Assembly: GCA_036677065.1 (NCBI GenBank)
Contig: JAKFBS010000002.1
Coordinates: forward strand, 64,001 to 128,000
DNA: 64,000 nt
Reading direction: 5' to 3'
DNA from: Bdellovibrio sp.
GTDB lineage: Bacteria > Bdellovibrionota > Bdellovibrionia > Bdellovibrionales > Bdellovibrionaceae
Made by a program: the position numbers and the translations under genes
The notes under the pieces: model-generated
What the model saw: the letters and a program-made list of their open reading frames with translations, nothing else
Told to the model about the DNA's origin: nothing
Database searches by the model: none
Shown here: in pieces, positions 57,049 through 64,000 of the stretch
Layout of the letters: each line of letters starts with the position of its first letter
Numbering within the stretch: position 1 is the first letter of the stretch

Positions 57049-60000
57049 TTGAGCACATTACAAGAATTAAAAGATATATTCAGTTCGCGCGTGGCGTTTA
57101 TCGATGGCGCTATGGGAACAATGATTCAGTTAGAAAAACTATCTGAAGCTGATTACCGTGGCCAGCAATTCAAAAATCACGATAAAGATCTTAAGGGTAA
57201 TAACGATTTATTAGTTCTGACTAAGCCAGAAGTCATTTACAAAATTCATAAAGAGTATTTAGATGCTGGTGCAGACATTATTGAAACGAACACATTCAAT
57301 TCAACAAGTGTAGCGCAGGAAGATTACGGCTTAAGCCATATCGCTTTTGAATTAAATAAAGTAGCGGCAGAGGTCGCTAAAAAAGCCTGTGCCGATTTAT
57401 TTAAAGAAACGGGTCGTAAAGGCTACGTGGCAGGAACTCTTGGGCCCACAAATAAAACAGCATCACTAAGCCCAGATGTTAATAATCCAGCTTACCGCGC
57501 CATTAAATTTGATGAGCTAGTTGCTACCTACAAAGAACAAATCGAAGGTTTACTAGCCGGTGGCTGCGACATTATCTTAGTTGAAACTATCTTTGACACG
57601 TTAAATGCGAAAGCGGCCTTATATGCTTTTGCAGATGTGAACGAAAAACATGGCGGAACAATTCCGTTAATGATTTCTGTGACGATCACCGACCTGAGCG
57701 GCCGTACTTTATCTGGACAAACTGTTGAAGCTTTTTGGAACAGTATTTCGCACGCAAAACCTTTAAGTGTTGGTATTAACTGCGCCCTTGGTGCCCGTGA
57801 GATGCGCCCGTATATCAAAGAATTATCACGCGTAGCAGATTGTTATATTTCTTGTTATCCGAATGCGGGTCTTCCTAATCCGTTGTCGCCGACAGGGTAT
57901 GATGAAACGCCAGAGTCATTGGCGTTTGATTTAGGTCAGATGATCGATGACGGTGCTGTTAATATTATTGGTGGCTGTTGCGGCACGACACCAAAGCACA
58001 TCGCAGCTTTAGTGGCTAATCACAAAGTTCGTAAAGGTCGTAATGAAACTGAATGGGCTAAGATTAATAAAAATTGTCTGAATTTATCAGGCTTAGAACC
58101 ATTCAAACATGGCGCAAACTTCACCATGATCGGCGAGCGCACAAACGTAACCGGTTCAAAAAAGTTTGCTAACTTAATTAAAGATAAAAAATTTGACCAA
58201 GCCTTAGAAGTCGCAAAACAACAAGTTGAAAACGGCGCAAATATCATCGATATCAATTTTGATGAAGGTTTACTTGATTCAAAAAATGTCATGATTCATT
58301 TCTTAAATTTACTAGCGGCAGAACCAGATATTGCTAAAGTTCCGATTATGGTAGATTCATCAAAATGGGAAGTCTTGCACGCCGGTCTTAAATGTTTGCA
58401 GGGTAAAGCCGTAGTGAATTCGATCTCTCTTAAAGAGGGTGAAGAAGTTTTTTTAATGCAGGCCCGCGAAGTGCAAAAGCTGGGGGCGGCAGTGATTGTT
58501 ATGGCCTTTGATGAAAATGGCCAGGCAGTAACTTGTGAAGAAAAAGTGCGTATCTGTAAACGTGCTTATACGCTATTAACTGAAAAATTAGATTTTAATC
58601 CTTGTGATATTATTTTTGATACGAATATCTTAACCGTAGGCACTGGTTTAGAAGAGCATAACAACTATGGTGTTGAGTTTATCAATGCCGTTCGTGAAGT
58701 TAAACAACAGTGCCCAGGCGTATGGACAAGCGGCGGTGTATCAAATTTAAGTTTCGCCTTCCGTGGTCAGGATTTCATTCGCGAAACGATGCACTCAGTA
58801 TTCTTATACCATGCCATTCAAAATGGTTTAGACATGGGTATCGTTAATGCCGGGATGATTTCGGTTTATGATGATATTAAACCTGAATTAAGAAATCTTC
58901 TTGAAGACATGGTTTTAAATCGCACTGATGATAGTACCGAGAAATTATTAGATTATTCAAAAACGATCGGCCATAAAGCCGGAACCAAAATCGATGATTC
59001 AAGCAAATTAGAGTGGCGTAATCTACCTTTAGAAGAAAGATTAAAACATTCTTTAGTGCTTGGCTTAGATCAGTTTATTAACGAAGACACAGCTGAAGCC
59101 CTAACTTTATTAGGTCGTCCGATCAACGTGATCGAAGGCCCTTTAATGTCGGGCATGAAAGTCGTCGGCGATTTATTCGGCGTCGGTAAAATGTTTTTAC
59201 CTCAAGTTGTTAAATCAGCCCGCGTAATGAAAAAAGCCGTGGCTTACTTAGAGCCCTTCTTATTAGAAGAAAAACTTAAAAATAAAGACATCACTGCCGG
59301 TAACAAAAAAACCGTCTTGATGGCCACCGTAAAAGGTGACGTGCATGATATCGGTAAAAATATCGTAGGCGTTGTACTTGCTTGTAACGGTTATGAAGTG
59401 ATCGATTTAGGGATCATGACCCCGTTTCATAAAATTATCGAAGCGATTAAAACGCATAAGCCCGATGTTGTTGGCTTCAGTGGATTAATCACGCCATCTC
59501 TTGATGAAATGATTTTCAATTTATCTGAAATGAAAAAACAAGACATTCATCTTCCGGTGTTAATCGGTGGGGCTACGACTTCACGCGTTCATACTGCAGT
59601 TAAGATGGATCCAGCGTACCAGGGCCCGGTCGTTCATGTGGCCGATGCTTCACGTACAACTGAAGTTTTAAATAAACTTTTATCAGATGATCACAAAGTA
59701 AAAAATATTGCCCAGTACAAATCTGATTCACAAACCGTGCGTCAAAGTTTCTTAGACTCTTACAATGAAAAAGACACTATTTCAGTTGAAGAAGCCAGAG
59801 CTAAAAAATTCAAAGTTGACTGGACTCAGGCTGATCTGCCGACACCTAAAACAACGGGTGTTCAAGAGCACCATGTTGAGCTTGCAGAGCTTTCTGAATA
59901 CATCGATTGGTCTCCGTTTTTCTGGACTTGGGAATTAAAAGGCACTTACCCGAATATTCTTAAATCAGAAAAATACGGTGTAGAAGCGACAAAACTGTTC

Positions 60001-60681
60001 GATGATGCGCAAAAGATGCTGAATGGCTGGATTAAAAATAACCGCATTCAGCCAAAAATCGTAACTGGCTTATATGAAGCTGTAGCTACAGATGAAGAAG
60101 TTTCGATTTTTGCGGCTGATGATCAGCCAACACTGACTAAACCTGCGTTAGAAAAATTTCATTTTGAACGCCAACAAAAAGTAAAAACGGTTAACAGCAA
60201 TATTCATTATTCGTTAGCAGATTTTATTTTAGATAAAAAGTACGCCGAAAGTTCAAAAACTTCTAAAAAAGATTACTTCGGATTTTTTGCAGTCACTGCT
60301 TCTGCCAAAGTCGAAGAGATCGCCAATAAATTTGAAGCCGAACATGATGACTATCATTCAATCTTGGCTAAAGCCATCGGTGACCGTATTGCCGAAGCCT
60401 GTGCCGAATGGGCGCATAAAAAAATGCGTGATAATTTTGGTTTTGGTTTGACCGAGAACTTAACTAAAGAAGAGATCATTAAAGAGAAGTATCGTGGTAT
60501 TCGCCCGGCGCCGGGGTATCCGTCGTGCCCGAACCATTCGCAAAAAGGTAAGTTCTGGAAGCTTTTAGATGTTGAAAAACGCACCCAAATCCAGTTAACT
60601 GAAACCTATGCTATGTACCCAGGGTCGAGTGTTTGTGGGTACTACTTGATGGGAAGCCATGCGAAATACTTCGCTATTTAA
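57049..60681 (+). CDS. metH: Cobalamin-dependent methionine synthase
   Basis: DGAMGT, GINC, GGCCG (Zn), IGERTN (pterin domain), GDVHDIGK (B12), RPAPGYP (activation domain); TTG start after AAGGA. Confidence 0.97.
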   Translation: MSTLQELKDIFSSRVAFIDGAMGTMIQLEKLSEADYRGQQFKNHDKDLKGNNDLLVLTKPEVIYKIHKEYLDAGADIIETNTFNSTSVAQEDYGLSHIAFELNKVAAEVAKKACADLFKETGRKGYVAGTLGPTNKTASLSPDVNNPAYRAIKFDELVATYKEQIEGLLAGGCDIILVETIFDTLNAKAALYAFADVNEKHGGTIPLMISVTITDLSGRTLSGQTVEAFWNSISHAKPLSVGINCALGAREMRPYIKELSRVADCYISCYPNAGLPNPLSPTGYDETPESLAFDLGQMIDDGAVNIIGGCCGTTPKHIAALVANHKVRKGRNETEWAKINKNCLNLSGLEPFKHGANFTMIGERTNVTGSKKFANLIKDKKFDQALEVAKQQVENGANIIDINFDEGLLDSKNVMIHFLNLLAAEPDIAKVPIMVDSSKWEVLHAGLKCLQGKAVVNSISLKEGEEVFLMQAREVQKLGAAVIVMAFDENGQAVTCEEKVRICKRAYTLLTEKLDFNPCDIIFDTNILTVGTGLEEHNNYGVEFINAVREVKQQCPGVWTSGGVSNLSFAFRGQDFIRETMHSVFLYHAIQNGLDMGIVNAGMISVYDDIKPELRNLLEDMVLNRTDDSTEKLLDYSKTIGHKAGTKIDDSSKLEWRNLPLEERLKHSLVLGLDQFINEDTAEALTLLGRPINVIEGPLMSGMKVVGDLFGVGKMFLPQVVKSARVMKKAVAYLEPFLLEEKLKNKDITAGNKKTVLMATVKGDVHDIGKNIVGVVLACNGYEVIDLGIMTPFHKIIEAIKTHKPDVVGFSGLITPSLDEMIFNLSEMKKQDIHLPVLIGGATTSRVHTAVKMDPAYQGPVVHVADASRTTEVLNKLLSDDHKVKNIAQYKSDSQTVRQSFLDSYNEKDTISVEEARAKKFKVDWTQADLPTPKTTGVQEHHVELAELSEYIDWSPFFWTWELKGTYPNILKSEKYGVEATKLFDDAQKMLNGWIKNNRIQPKIVTGLYEAVATDEEVSIFAADDQPTLTKPALEKFHFERQQKVKTVNSNIHYSLADFILDKKYAESSKTSKKDYFGFFAVTASAKVEEIANKFEAEHDDYHSILAKAIGDRIAEACAEWAHKKMRDNFGFGLTENLTKEEIIKEKYRGIRPAPGYPSCPNHSQKGKFWKLLDVEKRTQIQLTETYAMYPGSSVCGYYLMGSHAKYFAI

Positions 60682-61945
60682 GCCTAAACTATTTGAGTCT
60701 AAACTAGAGCTAGCCCTTTTATTGGTGGGTATTGTTTTGAGTTTATTGATGTTTAAAACATTGATGATTCATACAGATAATACCCAGTTGATGGATAAAG
60801 TGATGCAGATTAAAACCACGGGCACGTGGGTGCATCACGGGAATGCCGCAACTAAAATGGGCTCACTGCCAGGAAGTTTTTTAACGGCAGTTACGGCCAT
60901 TCCGATGATGGTGTGGTTTTCTCCTTATGCCGCTTGTGCGGTTATTTTACTTTGTCATTTATTGGGTTATTTTTTCTTAAGATACTTAGGTTATAAGATA
61001 GACCCTAATTTTAACCCCTTGCTGCTGGTGATCTTTTTTTGGTTAAACCCATGGCGGGTAGAGCAATCTGAATTATATAACCCGGGTTATTTATTCTTAT
61101 TTTCAGGTCTGCATTTGTGGAGTCTTTATCAAATGCGTGAACAAAAGTCTTTTTGGGCGAGCTTTTGGCTAGCGCTTTGTTTAGGTTTTTGTTTTCAGGT
61201 GCATTTTTCGGTTTTAATTCTGGGAATTAGTTTTGCTTATCTATTTTTCACGAAAAAAATCAAAGTGAATTACTGGGGCATCGCTGCTGGTTTAGCACTT
61301 GTTGCGCTATCGTTAGTGCCTTGGGCTATGCAGCTATTGGCGCAACAGCAAACGGCGTTAAAGCCAGCTTCAGATACATTTATCGGTAAGAATTTTGTCT
61401 TAGTTTACCCAGTCATTAAAGCTTTGATCTATTTTTTCAGAATGGGATCAGTTTATTTTGGTCGTCATATTTTTTCTGAAATCAACTTTGATTGGATGAC
61501 GATCACTTGGCTTAAATTAGCTATTGGTTATGTGTTTCACTCTTTGAAGTGGGTATTGGCTTTAGCAACACTTGTTTTATCTTTTCGATTTTTCTACAGC
61601 CATTTTCGCCATTATAAAAAAGAATTTCAGCAAAGAAGTTTTATCGATCATTACATGATCTCGCTTTTTATTGGGGTTTTTGCAGCTGCGAGCTTATCGC
61701 CAGTTGAATTTAACCACTGGCATTTTGTATTATGCATGCCTGCAATTTTATTTTACATCACGCTTAAACCTGAAGGTTATTTTATTAAGATTTGGGATAA
61801 GAAGAAAAATCAAATTTTAGCGACAACGGCCGTGGTTTTTATAATTTGGAATATCTTTGCAAGCTTTGGAAGTCGTTCACATTCAATTGAAAACGACTAT
61901 GATCTTGGCTTTAAGAAGCACTATAAGCTGAGTTCATCTGAGTAG
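60659..61945 (+). CDS. Polytopic membrane protein, GT-C/ArnT-like topology
   Basis: Asp after TM1 (HTD), GN...PG loop, WLNPW, YNP, QVH; overlaps the end of metH. Confidence 0.55.
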   Translation: MRNTSLFKPKLFESKLELALLLVGIVLSLLMFKTLMIHTDNTQLMDKVMQIKTTGTWVHHGNAATKMGSLPGSFLTAVTAIPMMVWFSPYAACAVILLCHLLGYFFLRYLGYKIDPNFNPLLLVIFFWLNPWRVEQSELYNPGYLFLFSGLHLWSLYQMREQKSFWASFWLALCLGFCFQVHFSVLILGISFAYLFFTKKIKVNYWGIAAGLALVALSLVPWAMQLLAQQQTALKPASDTFIGKNFVLVYPVIKALIYFFRMGSVYFGRHIFSEINFDWMTITWLKLAIGYVFHSLKWVLALATLVLSFRFFYSHFRHYKKEFQQRSFIDHYMISLFIGVFAAASLSPVEFNHWHFVLCMPAILFYITLKPEGYFIKIWDKKKNQILATTAVVFIIWNIFASFGSRSHSIENDYDLGFKKHYKLSSSE

Positions 61946-62387
61946 TCGTCGCAAGTACCGCAAGCGAGCCAACAACCCATAAAGAAAATTCTAACATGTA
62001 AATCTCTGGTGCGCGCATCCAGAAAAATCCAGCTGTTACAGATAACATAATACCAGCGAAAATATATTTATGACTGTAAAGCCATTCTTTTTCAGTCACT
62101 TTAAGCGGGAGCCAAATTGCTAAAGCACTTGTTAAAGTTAAAAAAGCACCGCACGCAGCCTGACAAAATTCGTGTGAAACCTGCATAAATAAACTAGTTA
62201 AGCCATAATGACCATTTGAAAACAGCCCTAAACCGAACTGCGGACATATTGCCATAACAAAGGCTGTCGCTAACATATGTATTACTAATAGACGGGGCAG
62301 AAACTTAAAAGGATTCACTTCAGGAAATAAATCTTTTTTAATATTTTGGAGAATTTTATTTTTGGTACTAAGATCAAAATTTTCCAT
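61911..62387 (-). CDS. Membrane protein, probable anti-sigma/sensor partner
   Basis: About 4 TMs; H, CPQFG and HEFCQAAC; starts 1 nt after the ECF sigma stop. Confidence 0.65.
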   Translation of the reverse strand: MENFDLSTKNKILQNIKKDLFPEVNPFKFLPRLLVIHMLATAFVMAICPQFGLGLFSNGHYGLTSLFMQVSHEFCQAACGAFLTLTSALAIWLPLKVTEKEWLYSHKYIFAGIMLSVTAGFFWMRAPEIYMLEFSLWVVGSLAVLATTTQMNSAYSAS

Positions 62388-62388
62388 A

Positions 62389-62907
62389 CTATCCTTTTAG
62401 CTTTTGTACCGCGCGAGAAATAATTTTTCGCACATTAGTTTCAGTTAATCCTAGAGCCTCGGCGATTTCACTAAATTCTTTTTCAGCAAAATAGCGTAAA
62501 TCGACTGCCGCTTTTTCTTTGTCGTTTAAAGACGACAGATCCAGCTCTTTAGTCTCTTGTTGATGAATAGGATTCGCAGTCGCGTTTTGTGACAATTCAG
62601 CGAATAATTCGTAATCTTTAATATAATCGCCGTAAATAGCTGATTTCTTACGGTAATCTTTAGCTTCTGATTTTGTAATGATAAATAGCCAGGCCATAGG
62701 CGAATAATCAGGGTTGTATTTATCCCGTTTATTATAGATCTGCGAATAAACAATCTGAACAATGTCTTCGCTGTCCTGCGAAGAAAGTCCTTTTTTGCGA
62801 CAGTACGAAAACACTACATGCGCTGTTTCACGATAAAACGATTCTAACGCTGAAGATTGCTCAGTCGAATTGGCTGCATTTTTGAGTGTTAGCAAATAGT
62901 TTGTCAC
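62389..62907 (-). CDS. ECF RNA polymerase sigma factor
   Basis: Region 2 (EDIVQ..AWLF.I) and region 4 (L...EK...LRY...EIAEALG..E.NVR..ISRA); GTG start. Confidence 0.92.
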   Translation of the reverse strand: MTNYLLTLKNAANSTEQSSALESFYRETAHVVFSYCRKKGLSSQDSEDIVQIVYSQIYNKRDKYNPDYSPMAWLFIITKSEAKDYRKKSAIYGDYIKDYELFAELSQNATANPIHQQETKELDLSSLNDKEKAAVDLRYFAEKEFSEIAEALGLTETNVRKIISRAVQKLKG

Positions 62908-62957
62908 AAATCGTTATTCCTAAACCTAGTAGATAGTGAACAGACTTAAGGAGTCAA

Positions 62958-63593
62958 ATGTTAACCCATAAAATTAAAATACTTTTAATTTCTATTTTTT
63001 CGGCCTTTCAGCTAAACGCCCATCCGGTGATTTATAAAGGTGGTTTCGATGTAGAAACTGAATCTAGCCCAATGATGACTAATATTATGACTGCTTATAC
63101 TTTTCATTCTCAGGCCTCGGTGGGTATTGAATATTTTAAATACTTACCAGCAAGTTTGCCAGGGTCGCGTGAATTCTATTTTGCTAAATTTAATTACCGG
63201 CCATTTCGGTTAAATGCAGACGATAGTCAGGCTAATATTTATTTAAGTGTTGGTACAGGCCTGCAGCGCAAAGATAACGAACTCACGAGTTCTTCAATTG
63301 GTGAGTTTCATGCAGATTGGGAAAGCCGTGATTATTACGTTTCGGGTTTTCAAAAATATATTTCTTTAAAGGATGAAGACCCTTTATGGCTTTCGCGAGC
63401 ACGCCTCGGATTTTCTCCATTTCGTGCCGATTATAACGATGTAAATATTTGGTTTATTACACAGTTTGAAAAAACAAATGGAGAGCATTGGGAAACTACG
63501 CCGTTAATGCGAACTTTTTATAAAAACATTTTATGGGAACTGGGCGCAAGCCTTAATGGAAATTATTTATTAAATTTCATGATTCATTTATAA
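62958..63593 (+). CDS. Secreted/outer-membrane protein of unknown function
   Basis: Signal peptide ending LNA-HP; alternating aromatic beta-strand pattern; DWESR; AAGGAG RBS. Confidence 0.7.
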   Translation: MLTHKIKILLISIFSAFQLNAHPVIYKGGFDVETESSPMMTNIMTAYTFHSQASVGIEYFKYLPASLPGSREFYFAKFNYRPFRLNADDSQANIYLSVGTGLQRKDNELTSSSIGEFHADWESRDYYVSGFQKYISLKDEDPLWLSRARLGFSPFRADYNDVNIWFITQFEKTNGEHWETTPLMRTFYKNILWELGASLNGNYLLNFMIHL

Positions 63594-63604
63594 GGAGAAA
63601 TCAT

Positions 63605-63883
63605 ATGAAAAAATTATTAATCGCTAGCTTATTTTTTTCGTCTATCGCATTTGCCAAACCACTTACGGGTGAAGTGCATGTACAAGTCAAAGGAATGGTA
63701 TGTGCTTTTTGCGCACAGGGTTTAACAAAGTCTTTTAAAAAGCTTCCTGAAGTGCAAGATGTGACCGTAAGTCTTGAAGGAAAATTTGTTCACTTAGTCT
63801 TAAAAAAAGATAAATCTTTAGAAGATACAAAGATTCTAGAGACGATTAAAGAAGCGGGCTACGAAGGAACTATCGGTCACTAA
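63605..63883 (+). CDS. Periplasmic heavy-metal-associated (HMA) domain protein, MerP/CopZ-like
   Basis: Signal peptide; GMVCAFC; terminal AGY; AAGGAG RBS. Confidence 0.9.
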   Translation: MKKLLIASLFFSSIAFAKPLTGEVHVQVKGMVCAFCAQGLTKSFKKLPEVQDVTVSLEGKFVHLVLKKDKSLEDTKILETIKEAGYEGTIGH

Positions 63884-63910
63884 AGGTGGTCACTAAAGGT
63901 GGTCACTAAA
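63875..63910. repeat. 13-bp tandem repeat GGTCACTAAAGGT, two full copies plus a 10-nt partial copy
   Basis: Copies at 63875, 63888 and 63901; the first contains the HMA gene stop codon. Confidence 0.95.
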
Positions 63911-63913
63911 TTT

Positions 63914-64000
63914 ATGCAAAACTATCAACGAAGTTTTAAAGAAAGTTTTAGTGCGTATTTAGGATTATTTACATCCGTAAGCACTTTGCTTTGTTGCGCA
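63914..64000 (+). CDS. MerT/MerC-like metal-transport membrane protein, 3'-truncated; not in the ORF track
   Basis: MQNYQRSFKESFSAYLGLFTSVSTLLCCA: vicinal Cys pair in the first TM; follows the MerP-like gene. Confidence 0.65.
   Translation, partial: MQNYQRSFKESFSAYLGLFTSVSTLLCCA

Noticed and set aside
60600..60681. metH pseudogene, because it ends at AKYFAI, shorter than E. coli MetH
   Set aside because: All domains and the RPAPGYP motif are intact; other MetH proteins also end shortly after the YF motif; no frameshifted continuation seen
133..62762. Short antisense or alternate-frame ORFs in the track (e.g. 133-552, 3059-3568, 20019-20366, 56338-56664)
   Set aside because: They lie within well-supported genes and have no motifs or RBS; treated as shadow ORFs
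63875..63910. CRISPR array
   Set aside because: Units are 13 bp, contiguous, without spacers, and there are no cas genes
1..64000. Mobile element, prophage or anti-phage defence system
   Set aside because: No integrase, transposase, phage structural, nuclease or RT motifs recognised in any ORF

Overview
AT-rich bacterial chromosomal segment, gene-dense, with no rRNA, tRNA, CRISPR array or transposase that I could find. Gene content and style suggest a Bdellovibrionota (Pseudobdellovibrio-like) host; this is an inference. Left end (1-11 kb): pheS-pheT-ihfA-merR-like, an RhlE-type DEAD-box helicase, several secreted proteins and an O-antigen ligase. About 11-55 kb is a large surface-glycan locus that switches strand often. 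It holds manC joined to pstCAB, wcaJ, galU, gmhA, wecB, pgi, a GDP-colitose pathway (gmd-colC-colD), Wzx, CDP-3,6-dideoxyhexose genes (rfbFGH), an L-QuiNAc-type pathway, wecA, many glycosyltransferases and a ligase-TPR protein. The main finding is a block of enzymes usually annotated as catabolic or central-metabolic: DmpF, DmpG, an HpcH aldolase, an acetolactate-synthase-like ThDP enzyme, two SDRs and a split transketolase. Together they read as a pathway to a higher-carbon C4-branched sugar (erwiniose type, possibly longer). Right end: cvfB, metF-metH, a GT-C-like membrane protein, and an ECF sigma/Cys-rich membrane partner divergent from a MerP/MerT-like metal cassette. Other signals are a gingipain-like His-Cys dyad in an unannotated secreted protein, repeated leaderless-type promoter geometry, and several palindromes. 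All calls come from motif recognition by eye; no searches were run.
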